Below, in pieces: positions 11,601-23,244 of a stretch of 64,000 nt of DNA. Origin of the DNA: Puccinia triticina (taxonomy: Eukaryota); assembly GCA_026914245.1 (NCBI GenBank), contig CP110439.1:930001-994000 (forward strand), written 5' to 3'. Below the pieces are notes generated by a model that was not told where the DNA came from, did not search any database, and worked only from the letters and a program-made list of their open reading frames with translations. The stretch's first letter is position 1. Every line of letters begins with the position of its first letter. The position numbers and the translations under genes were made by a program.

Positions 11601-14600
11601 TAAGATGTATAATTTGAGCAAGGGAGAAAGGGATGCGTTGAAGTTGTATGTTGATGATAATTTGGCTAAAGGGTTTATCAAGGTTTCCTCTTTGCCAGCG
11701 GCGGCTCCTATCTTTTATGTTAAGGTGGATGGTAAAGCGGACAGACCTTGTGTGGATTATAGGTTATTGAATGGTATGACGGTGAGAGACTCTTATCCTC
11801 TCCCAGTGATTTCACATTTGTTAAATAATTTACACGGCTGCAAGTTTTTATCTAAAATTGACTTGAAGGCGGCTTTTAACCTTCTGAGGGTGGCCCCAGG
11901 TCACGAGTGGAAAACGGCGTTTAGGACTCCGTGGGGGTTGTATGAGTATCGGGTTATGCCTTTCGGTTTGGCTAATGCTCCCGCAACCTTTCAGCGGTTT
12001 ATACAACATGTTTTGCGTGAGTATTTGGATGTTTGTTGTTTTGTTTACATTGACGACATACTTATTTTTTCGCGGACAAAGGAGGCGCATCTGTTAGATT
12101 TGAAGAACATCTTGTCAAAATTGAGGGAATATTCTTTAAAGGCTTCGCTGTCTAAATGTGAGTTCTTTTGCCCGAAGGTTACATTTTTGGGTTTTGACAT
12201 TACACAAGAAGGTTTGAAAATGAACATAAGAAAATTAGACACTATTAATCATTGGCCTTATCCCTCAAATTTGAAAGAGTTGCGGAAGTTTCTAGGTTTT
12301 ACAAACTTTTACAGGAAATTTATACCGGGATTTTCGGATGTGGCGGGGCCTTTAACTTCTTTGACAAAGGGAGATTTGGGAGATCGAGTGGGATGGAAAA
12401 CTCAAGATTCCGTAAGAGCGTTTGAAGAATTGAAGGCTTTGTTTGTCAATGAACCTCTGTTAGTACACTTCGATTTTAATAAACCTAGGTATGTGCATAC
12501 CAACAGCTCGGGTTTTGCAATCGCGGCGGTCTTAAGTCAGCCAGATAAGGATGGTCGTTTGATGCCGGTAAGCTATTTTTTGAGGAAGTTATCAGACAGA
12601 GAGCGTTCGTGGATGATCTTCGACCTAGAGTTGTTAGCAATTGTGGAAGCTTGTGAGGAATGGCGGGCTTGGCTTATGGGCACCAAGGAACCGGTGAAAA
12701 TGTTTTTGGATCACTCTAATCTTTTATATTTTAAGACAGCTAAGTATCTGTCGCCTAAGCAGGCGCGATGGGCGTTGACGCTAGATAGTTTTAACATGCT
12801 TATTTATCATGTTGCAGGAAAGCGGAATCCAGCGGATGCTCCGAGTAGACGTGAGGATTTTGTTGGAGACCGAAGCGAGTTTCCAGAAGCTAGGTCGATC
12901 ACTGAGAAGATGGTACCAATGAAGGCGGTTGAAGAAATAATTCCTTCGGATGCGGTAGGTTTTCACGGTATTCATGACTTGGCGTTTCAAAGGCCAAATC
13001 AATTTCTCTTAGATCATTTTGCGCGAAATTATTCGGAGGCTGATTTGTTAGGAAAAAATGTTCATAAGGTTGACGAGTTATGGTTTCATGGTGATCGTTT
13101 GTTAGTCCCGGAATCTTTGAGGATCAAGTTGATTGGGATGTATCACGACGCTCCCACGGTTGGTCATCCTGGAGTGGCTCGGACCTTGTCTATTTTGATT
13201 CAGACATTTTCTTGGCCTTTGGTAGGGAGGATGGTGGCTGACTATGTCAGGTCTTGCGACTCATGCCAGCGAGTGAAGGCGCGGAGGCAGGCTCGAGACG
13301 GGGAATTGGTTTCTTTGGTCCCGGGTCCAAAACCATGGAGCACTATAGGTATGGATATGATTACGAAGTTGCCAGTTTCGGCAGGGTATGATTCTATTTT
13401 AGTTGTTATTGATTTGTTAAGCAAATTGGCTCATTTTATTCCATGTAAGGAAGCCTCTTCGTCGGCGGTGTTGGCAAGTTTATTCAGGAAACATATATTT
13501 TGGTTACATGGGCTACCGGATAAGATAATATCTGATCGGGGTGCTACTTTTGTGAGTGAATTTTGGAAGTCACTGATGAATTCTTTGAATATTCGTTCGG
13601 GGTTGTCGACGGCTTATCATCCGCAGACGGACGGTCAGACCGAACGAATGAATCAAGTTTCAGAAGACTATTTGCGGCATTATTGTTCGTATTATCAAGA
13701 CAATTGGGATAGGTGTTTGGACATGGCGGAATTCTCTATAAACAATTTAGACTCGGCAAGCTTGGGTGTTTCTCCATTTTTCTTTTCTTATGGTCATCAT
13801 CCAAAGTTTAATATAATGACTGAATCATTGGGCCGTAAGGATTTAGACGAATTTTTGTTAGAGTTGCAGTTGACGCAGGAAAAGGCGATGGAGTGCCTGG
13901 TTTTGGCGAGGAATAAACAAGCAGCTTATTATAATGAAAAGAAGAAGCCGGCACCAGTGTATGCAGAAGGAGAAATGGTATTGCTTTTGCGTAAGTTTAT
14001 TCAATCAAGGCGTTTGAATTCGAAGTTGGATTACAGGTACATTGGTCCTTTTGCGGTGAAGAAGATGGTAGGGAAAAATGCGGTGGAGTTGGATATTGAA
14101 AAAGAATACCCTAAATTACATCCTGTTTTCAATGTATCGCTAATTGTTAGATATGTTCATCCAAATAGTGTTTTGGATCGCGGCGTCCTTGATGGTATAA
14201 AGGATAAGTATTATAAAGATGAAGAAGTGGTGGATTGGTCGCTTATGAAGGCAATTTTGGATGTAAGGTCTCAAAAGAAAGGTAAGTTTGATTTTTTGAT
14301 TTCTTGGAAAGGCGCAACGGTGGTGAACAACACGTGGGTCGCCGAGGAACATATTCCGATCTCAGTTAAGTCGTCTTTGGATTCCTTTAAGCTATTACAT
14401 AAGAAGCATTTTGGCGCTAAGGCAAAGAAGAGGAGTAAGACGGCAAAGAAGGCGGCGGGAGAGCTGCAGGTACAAGGTCAGGCCAATTTGTAACGTTTTC
14501 TTCGTTACTGATCATTATGCAAGACTGATGTTGATTAATGATGAGAGAATTGTCCTTATTATGCTAATGACGACTAACATCTTTTACGAGTTTATTCCTT

Positions 14601-14889
14601 TCTTTAATTATGAAGGTTTTGTCTGAGGGTCTGAGCTTATTGTTATAAACCCGGTTGTCTTTCATTTCGTTGTTTCCTCTTTTCCTTTTCCTCATCGCGA
14701 TATTCTTTGTTCTTTGTTATCAATATCATCCAGTCGCGTAAATCCAAACTTCTATTATAACTCCTTTCAAGAGTCTATTCTTCACTCCGAAGATAGACTA
14801 CCTCTAATACATCTGAAAATAGGCGACGAGTTCTCTTGAACTTTGTTCATAGCCACTTAAGAAGTAAGAGTATTAGGTGGGCCCTCACA
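8617..14889 (+). mobile_element. Full-length Ty3/Gypsy chromovirus LTR retrotransposon
   Basis: LTRs 8617-9017 and 14489-14889 (401 bp, TG...CA, two mismatches seen). 5-bp TSD CATGT at 8612-8616 and 14890-14894. Internal gag-PR-RT-RH-IN-chromodomain order. Confidence 0.97.
9265..14493 (+). pseudogene. Gypsy gag-pol polyprotein (protease LVDSGAS, RT YIDD, RNase H, integrase HHCC/DDE, C-terminal chromodomain) with one in-frame stop
   Basis: ORFs 9265-9651 and 9703-14493 are in the same frame, separated only by TAA at 9649-9651. The RNase H first catalytic Asp reads Asn (HTNSSG, AAC at 12502-12504). Chromodomain ILDVR...FLISWKG...NTWV. Confidence 0.9.
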
Positions 14890-15231
14890 CATGTGCTCAA
14901 AGATGTATAAGCACCCTTGAAACCCTTCACCCTCCAAACCCAACATGATACTCATTTTACTAGACATAGACCCAAAACCCCACCTAGATTATTTCCCCCT
15001 GAAACACCTGAATCCTCCTATCTTAGATCCCCAGGCTACTTCTCCCTGAAACAATTCCTGAAACAACTAACTCCTCCTATCTTAGATCATAGAATATTCT
15101 GCTCCTGTTAGTTTCACATATCCCCGCCTCCAACTGGGAATATTGCACCATATCCCCCAGAAGATGGCATCATCACCACCCACTATTACACCATAATGGA
15201 ACTCCTTGGCCCACTGCTCTGATCACATGGC

Positions 15232-15620
15232 TGTTTCATCCTATAGAAGTAAGCAAGGCTTACCCTTCAGGTTATCCTTGCTTCCTCATGGCTCCTCTTT
15301 CTTGTGTATATAAACTGGGTTGTTTTCCTCTTCATTTGTTCCTCATCAGATCTTGTCAAAGTAATTCAGATCACTGGTCACCTATCATTAGCCTTGCTTA
15401 TGCCAATAAATCAGATTGGACAAGCTTGTTATCTGTGTCCAAAATATTAGATTGGTAGAAAAGTAACCCTCAAGACATACCTCAAGAATCCTCTATAGCC
15501 ACACCTTTCCATAAGAGTTCACACTCTTATATCTTTTTCTTGTTCCCAGAGAGGAAGCCCATTAAAGCACCATTCCCTCTCCAGCTCTATTCATCTCAAA
15601 GAGTAGTTCCACACCGTACA
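15232..15620 (+). repeat. Possible degenerate LTR
   Basis: TGT...ACA ends, internal GTATATAAAC followed by a pyrimidine-rich tract. No matching TSD found. Confidence 0.3.
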
Positions 15621-18038
15621 ATCACCAAAACGCTGCACAAGAAGTTCCTCACCATCTGTCTCTACACCTCCTCCCACGCGGTCAGTCTCCCTTCCCTGTG
15701 AAAGAGAAAGAAAGAAAAAGAGAGCGGTGTGGTTTGACGTCTCTTTTGGTTTTTAGTTGGTCAAGCTCTTCGAGAATGTCCAGCCCAGTCGGAGCGCTTT
15801 GAAACCACCCCAAAATGGCAACTGCGTTGTTCCTTGACCTTCCGGCACTCCTCCCCCCTTTCGCACTCGCAACAAACACACTCTCAAACTATCAAGTTGT
15901 TCATCCATTTGTCTTTCCCCCACTACATTTAGCATCTTTTTACAAATCTTAACACAATCAGTGACTACAGTACCTCTTTTCCCTTGCTTTCTTGCACCTA
16001 TACATATCTAACTAATCAGTGATCCACTTGACAAATCATCTGTGTTACACACTTACATGTATGATCCAAGTCACTAAGATCATGTAACTAACCAGACCAG
16101 TGGTTTCAATTCAAGATCACTGGCCAGTACCCAGCAAATACCTGGCTCAGGAGAGGACAAGGAGCAAAGACAGGGATATGAAGATCTGGTGTTTGTCTGA
16201 TGACTTGCTCTAACTTTCTGATGATGTTGGCCCACTTGAGCAGGCAGAGGAATATCCCAACTAAAAAAAGGGCAATGGGGCATATGACAATTTTCTGACT
16301 ACTCCCATCCCCCAGCCACAATTCCATAATCCAAGCAGATTCACTCTTCCTTCAGTCCAACTCCTGCTTCACTACACTTGATTGGTGGCTGATTGACACA
16401 GAGTAATACACCTCTGAGCTGTGGGGTGCATTGTGCAGTGTGCCAGTCCATGGTGGTGCCTTTCTCAGTGTGCGTGATCCTCTTTCTTGGGCATTGGCCT
16501 AGCAGGACTTGTCCCTGGACCCTCCAAACTTGGCTATGTGTCAAGTGGGACTTGGGCCTAGGTCACACACGCTTGGGGCCTGGCTTGGGAATGCAATCTT
16601 GTTGATTTACACCCGCAGCTTGCGCAAATGCCTAAGCTGGCTTGATCTACCATAACAAATACTACATGTATTCAAAAGCAATACATACCCCAGCAAACCA
16701 TATAAATAAGCAGTGATTCATCTGAAGATTCCCAAGTAATTTCTTGCAAGCCACATCTTGTGTTTCAAAGCCTCTGAATCTTGGAGGTGTTTTCATTCTT
16801 TCTTTCAGAGAGGCAGGGGTTCCCCTAGGGAAGAGGATGGGCCAGGCTGTGTTGGAAATTTTCCAACTCTGCCTTGTTTCAAAAATTACACTCATTTGAG
16901 GTGGCCTGCTGGGTTGAGACTAAGAGTCGGAGTTAAGACATGCTTCATCTCAAAGATGGAGTCCATCATATGTAAAGCACAACCAAGAAGAATTCAAATT
17001 CTCCCAATGAGCTAGAATACAATCATTTTGGGTTCTATAGATCTTATATCCAAAACCAAGTCTTTTCCCAGGTCTTTCTTTGAACCTAAACAGTCCCATC
17101 TTATTCAATGGTCTCCAGTGAAGATCTTGTCACCCTCTTATAAAATTTTCCCACCCCACATCCTTGCACCCACACCACGGATGTTTGCTCAGCACTGGCG
17201 TGCAAGTGCCTTTACCCCTCTCTTTAGGAACCCTTTAAGATCTCTTGCAGAACTTGACACCAATTTATGCGTAATTTTGGATTGAATTTATGCTCAAGTG
17301 TGTCTGAATTGATGCTGAATCTTTTATGAATTCATGTTGGACATGGTTTCACATCAACCTGATATCCACCCCAACTGGACTATTTGAGTAATTGTATCTT
17401 TTCCAGAACCTGTGTTCAACTGCATTGCAAAGCAATATCCATTTCTTGGCAGAAACCAGATTTTTCTTGATGTAATAATATATTTTCATTGATCATGTGC
17501 TTATTATGCCGTCCACACCGCTCAAAATGTGTTTTCATATATGAAAAACAAAACTTTTGGCTTGGTAGATATACCTTTGTGATGAAAGTGCATAAATTCA
17601 ATGAATCTTCTTTCTGTTTTTATCACTCGAGATATTTATAGACTTTTGGAAAAAATTAACATAGTGGATGCTTATATCTTTTGTATTGATTGATGCTATG
17701 AGCATCACATACTTTGAGAGAAAAGGTGAGTTCCTTCTGAACTGAGCTAGCTTCACTCACTGTCTATCCCCTTGATGTTTTATTTTTGCATCAAATGATG
17801 AAAAATTGCTTACTGATCAATCTCCATAACCACCTTGTGATCTTGCAGGTGGCAGATAGGCATCTGGGCTGCAAGCATTCTCACATAATTTCTTTTAGCA
17901 AATTTTGTGATTTTTTTCACAAGAGAGTTGGAAGTCTAGGCTAAGTTCAGGGGAGCCCCAGATTACCCAGGGTTTCTTAATCACTTTAGAAAATCCCAAC
18001 AAAAGAATGTGTGTACATATAGGTGAAAATATATATAA

Positions 18039-19460
18039 GGCCCCGTTTGGCCGCGCGATGTTATATGATAAATTGTGTATCACTTTACATGACACATGTA
18101 GCCAAGTTGAAGTTGTCATAGAAACAATAAAACCAAGACAACACTTATAACATGTGTGTTTGGTGCAGCCACATAAATTTTTCTTGCAAGTCCAGTTATT
18201 ACTGCACTCATCATTCCCAACTAGCTACCATACATGGCTCCATCAAACAATCAATAATCTCTACAACAAACCCACAAGCAACGAAAAATCAGATGCAAGA
18301 AAATGATTATGGAGTTCAGCTCGTGATGACCGATTGATTGGTTATCAAGAGCTGAACTCCCGGTCATCGAGAGCTGAACTCCTCTTCGATGAAAGGTCCA
18401 TGAAGAGCGTTCTGCTCTCGATGACCTGTTGATCGGTCATTGAAGAGGACTTCTTCACCTCTTGATGTCCAATCAACCGGTCATCAAAGAGGACTTCTTG
18501 ACCTCGCAACCGGTCATCAAGAGCTGAACTCCTCCGGATGGCAGGTTGAACTGGTCATCCGTTCAGCTCTCGATGACCGGTTGATCGGTCATCGAAGAGG
18601 ACTTCTTCACCTCTTGATGACCGATCAACCGGTCATCAAGAGCTGAACTCCTCTGGATGGCCAGTCAAACCGGTCATCCAGAGGGCTTCAGCTCTTGATG
18701 ACCGGTTGATCGGTCATCAAAGAGGATCCTTGTCGAACTGGTCATCCAAGGGGATCCTCTGGATGGCCGGTCGAACCGGTTATCCAGAGAGCTTCAGCTC
18801 TTGATGACCGGTTGATCGGTCATCAAGAGCTGATCAACTCCTCTCGGTGACCGGTCAACCGGTCATCGGAGGACACAACCTCTCGATGACCTGTTGACTG
18901 GCCATCGAGAGGTGAAGTGGTTGACTGGCCATCGAAGAGGACACAACCTCTCAATGACCGGTCATCCAGACTCCAGAGGTTATGTCCTCTTTGATGACCG
19001 GTTGGCCGGTCATCGAGTGGGTCTGTCCTCTTAAATGACCAGTTGACCGGTCATCGAGAGGATGACCAAGAGGGTTTGTCCTCTTCGATGACCGGTTGAA
19101 GCGGTCATCAAGAGGTGAAGTCCTCTGGATGGCCGGTCAAACTGGTCATCCAAAGGTCGTGTCCTCTTTGATGACCGGTAGACCAGTCATTGAGGTGTTG
19201 TGTCCTTCTTGATGACCAAATGATTGGTCATTGAGAGGTGTAGCTTGGAGACCCGACGAGTGGATTTATCACCCAAAAATACAGGTCCAGACCTCTATTT
19301 CCGAAATGGCGGGGATGATAAATTTTCAGTCATGCGATGTCATGTCTTTTATGATATTACTGGCTGCCACAAACACCAAATAAGTGGCTGTTATACCCCG
19401 GGCAACCCCCGTTATAAATTGCCCGATTTATCACATCACCTCGCGCGGCCAAACGGGGCC
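18039..19460. mobile_element. Non-autonomous PIF/Harbinger-type element (Tourist-like) with internal palindromic repeat array
   Basis: Perfect 20-bp TIR GGCCCCGTTTGGCCGCGCGA (18039-18058 / 19441-19460). TAA on both flanks (18036-18038, 19461-19463). Confidence 0.9.
18320..19240. repeat. Degenerate tandem array of GATGACCG-N6-CGGTCATC hairpins alternating with AAGAGG...CCTCTT-type linkers
   Basis: Repeated units such as gatgaccggttgatcggtcatc-gaagaggacttcttcacctctt throughout the interval. Confidence 0.9.
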
Positions 19461-20784
19461 TAACTCTTTCAAATATTTCATCTAATATTCCAGTGTTGTG
19501 TGGGCACTCAGCTCAGCATTGCTTGGCTGTGTGGTAATATAGGTGTCACACAAACGTACGGGCGTACAGTTGTGTGACAAATCCTTCCAGCTAGCCCCTC
19601 AGAGAATGCACACCAAATTCAAACCAGATTAAAATCATGATATAAGAAAAACTGGCATATTTTTGGCAAGGATAAGATACCTTCTCCATATTATACCTTG
19701 GCCTGCAAAGGGGACCAAGTTCAAGCAGCATTGATAATTACTCTGTCACCTCACACACCTCCTTTTGAATTCTGTGTGCACTGAAAATTATAAAAAGAAT
19801 GTTCCAGAGCAACCTGTAGGATATGGGTTTACACAGAGGTTAAAAATCATCATGGTCAAAGAATTCTTATCTTTGGTCAAAATTATAGATTGAGTACAAC
19901 TGATCATAAAGCTGGGCTGGGTTCCAACATAGTTATGGTGTACATTACACAAAAAATCTGGCATGGTTCCAGGTAACATCAGTATAGATTGTGCATTACA
20001 TGAACTGGTCTTTGAACCAAGATCAGACCAACTTCAAACCGACTTCGAACCAGTAACTAACAAGGATTGGACCAAACCTTGGCATGAATTGTGCAAAGGC
20101 ACTTGTAAAAAGGTGCTGAGAAAACATCTGCGGTGCCAGACACAAAAAAATTCATCCATGGGGGGGGGGGGGGGGGGGGGGGGGGGACTGGCTGGTGCAT
20201 CTAGATTGAATTTGAACAGGGTAGAGAAAGGCTGGATTGGGGATTGCCTAATGTTGCTCCCTTGTCCTGCAGCGGCAAAGCCGCCTTGGCCTCTAGTTTG
20301 ACATAAAATTGTAAGATTTACCAAAGTTTTGAGAGGTGTTTGTAATGAAGAAAAATCCCAAAGGTACTGTTTGACATTCTCTAGCCTGAGATGTCCTTCT
20401 GTAACAACCCAGCACTTGTTTGACCCCTCCCTGCCCCCCCCCCCCCCCCATGCGGGCAGAGGACAGCGGTCAATGGTCATGGGCAGTGGCTGGCAGGGTC
20501 AAGAAAGTGCTCTGGTTCTAAATATGAACTCAGTTTTTCTCTACAACTCCTAGACAATCTGCTTGAGGATGTTGGATCTGAGGGTGGATTTGGCCTTGGG
20601 CCTCATCTGACATTTGTATGTGGAAAGGATGTAAAAAATATGTGGTTGCCCCCATTCAATGAAACCAGAAAATTTGGAAAATAATCTCAAAGAATTATGC
20701 AAAAACTTTGTAAATAGATAGTAACATGTATTGAGGCACCTATGGCGCGGTCATACTCTCATTTACTGTGCTGTGGATTGGAAC

Positions 20785-21575
20785 TAGAGATGGCCAGTGG
20801 GTACCCGTTTGGCGTTACCCGGCACCCGCCACTGCCCTTTGAGTACCCGTCTGCAGGTGCCGTGTACGGGTCCGGGTATGCAATTTGGGCCGGAAAATCA
20901 CCGGGTACCCGGGTACCAAACAGGTACCCGCCAATGTCAGCAGTGGATGGCCGGCCATTGAGTGGGGTACACACCCCGCTTGATGACCGGACATCAAGCG
21001 GAGTACACACCCCGCTTGATGACCGGACATCAAGCGGGATACACATCTCACTCGATGGCCTGTGCACTCCATGACCAGCCATTGAGTGGGATGCGCACTC
21101 AATGACCATTGACCAGTCACCGAGTACACACCCTGCTTGATGAACGGTCATCGAGTGGAGTACACACCCTCGATGACCGGCCATTGTTGAGCGGAGTACA
21201 CACCTCCACATCCCACGCGATGACCGGACAGCGAGTGGGGTGATCACGATGGCCGGCCACTGAGCGGGGTGTGTACTCTGCTCGATGACCAGCCTACACC
21301 CCCACTCAATGGCCGGTCATTGGGTTGAGTGCGCATCCCACTCAATGGCCGGTCATCAAGTGGGATGTGCACCCCGCCCAATGTGCGGTCATTGAGAGGG
21401 GTGTGTACATACCCCACTCAATTGGTCACCAGTGCGGTACCTGCGGTACCCGCCTCAAGTACCGCCGGTACCCGTTGGCGGGTGCCGTGTCTGGGTCCGG
21501 GTGTCCAAAATTGGAGAAATTCACAGCAAGTACCCGCACCCGTCGCGGGTACCCAGACCCGTTTGGCCATCTCTA
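20785..21575. mobile_element. hAT-type MITE with internal ~36-bp palindromic array
   Basis: TIR TAGAGATGGCCA; 8-bp TSD ATTGGAAC (20777-20784, 21576-21583). Subterminal GGGTACCCG motifs. Internal units approximate GATGACCGGTCATC-GAGCGGGGTACACACCCCGCTC. Confidence 0.92.
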
Positions 21576-21899
21576 ATTGGAACCACTTAGTTTTGAACTC
21601 AGTTGATGATATTGTGTAAACCTAATGTAGATGTATTGTGTTTTGAATAATTCTTGGACATTTGGGTAATCCCCCCCTCCATCACAAAAACACCAACTTC
21701 ACTTGATGTACGCCAAAAATGGGGTTCACTCACAGATTCTACTCATATCCAGCTGCCAGTGCCTCCCAGACCCCATAAGTGTAGCTTTTGGACTTTCCGG
21801 TGCAGAACTGATTTTGGAAAAGTGTCCAAGCTTTTTTCAAAACACAATATTTAGTTCAACTTCACTTCCACTCAGTTGTTCTTTATTCATCCCATTGTT

Positions 21900-22232
21900 C
21901 TCAATATGATTCAACTCATCCAATTTTCTTCACTTGGTTTGCAGGTATGCCTGGTATCTCTCATCTTGTTCTTAGTCTTGTGTCATTTTTCATCATCCTT
22001 CAGGTGTGCCTCCACCTGGACTGCTCATCAGACCATTTGTGTTAGCTCACAGCACTATCTTTGCTGCCTCAGGCTATATATCATAACATTGTTTTCATTG
22101 ATTCATCTGATTGTTCTCAATATCATTCAACTCATCCAATGTTCTTCACTCATTTCGCAGGTGTGCCTCCACCTGAACTGCTCATCAGACTGTTTGCTTT
22201 AGCTCACAGCACTATCTTTGCTGCCTCAGGTG
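21900..22232 (+). repeat. Imperfect tandem duplication
   Basis: caggtgtgcctccacctg(g/a)actgctcatcagac...tagctcacagcactatctttgctgcctcagg occurs at about 22001 and 22158. ttcaactcatccaat also recurs. Confidence 0.7.
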
Positions 22233-23244
22233 TTTGCCCTTTTCATCCATTAACACAGTCATTAGAATGCAAAAGAATTAGTACAAAAAAGGCTGTGACC
22301 CAAACTGGCATCCCAGGGTCTAACCCCATGGTCTGAACCCAGGTAACAGGGTTCAGGAGGGCCCTCTTGAAAACCCAAAAGTCCTGGGGTATGGGAGGAC
22401 TGCAGAAAGAGGGGGGGCACAATTTCAAGAGTTTTTTTTTTGTTGCATTCTAATGACCTTGTTACTATCTACAAAGCTGTTGAAAAGTTGGGAAAATAGC
22501 TGTTATGAGCTGTGGCATGGGCTCCGCAGCGCAGGCTTCCATGTACATAGCTTACACGTACATGTCACAGATGGCACTCTCAAGGTTCAAGAGCCTGGAG
22601 ATCCCAGAATGCTTCCTCATCCTGCAATCTGCCATACAGGATCCAGGACCCCCAGACTCCATCTTCCCCTCCACAGAATAGACCTTAAAAAAAGCTAGAA
22701 TTGACCTCCAAAGATTGTGAACACAGAAAGTCCTTGGATAATACACCATTAAATGCCACTGAAGGTGGATAAAATCCAATACATAGATCCATTTGGGCAT
22801 TCATGGTGATAAGCTACTCAAGAAAAAAAAGGTGTGCCCCGGGGATTTTCCAGGGTTTGGGATGACCCTCAGACCCCTTCCCAAACCCCAGGTCACATCC
22901 TTAGTTTGTTGTACGCTAAAATTCCACACATACATATTTTACAGCCTTTGGATTTCCCCATCAAATGTACTGGGGAAATTTGCAAAGCTGCAGGAAAAAA
23001 AGTGTATTATGGGTATAGGAAACTGTTGGTATAAGATGTTGGAGTGAGAGCTCAAGGAATCAATTATTTTCACTACTATTCAAAGGAATGAGATATATAT
23101 CATGAAAAAAAACTGTGAAACACTGAGTAGTCAAGGACTATGTTCATGTCACTTACATGTAACAAGATAAAAGTGGTGTATCAGGTTTCCTTCAAATGAA
23201 TCCCTGAAACTCTTATCAATTTTGACTTATCATCACTGCAACAA

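Noticed and set aside
16000..17950. Decayed coding-like sequence (also about 19.7-20.1, 22.5-23.0, 38.5-39.1 and 54.0-54.6 kb)
   Set aside because: Probably old transposon remnants, but no diagnostic motif could be read.
18320..19240. CRISPR-like appearance of repeat/linker arrays (also at 20.9-21.4 kb and 53.2-53.5 kb)
   Set aside because: The linkers are homologous to each other rather than unique spacers, there are no cas genes, the context is eukaryotic, and the arrays lie within TIR/TSD-bounded elements.
19545..19594. Hairpin GTCACACA...TGTGTGAC followed by CTAG (possible Helitron 3' end)
   Set aside because: Not followed by T and no matching 5' TC end was identified; more likely a remnant of another repeat terminus.
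20160..20186. Long poly-G tract (also 962-980 and poly-C near 20435 and 34750)
   Set aside because: Simple homopolymers whose lengths are unreliable; no evidence of function.
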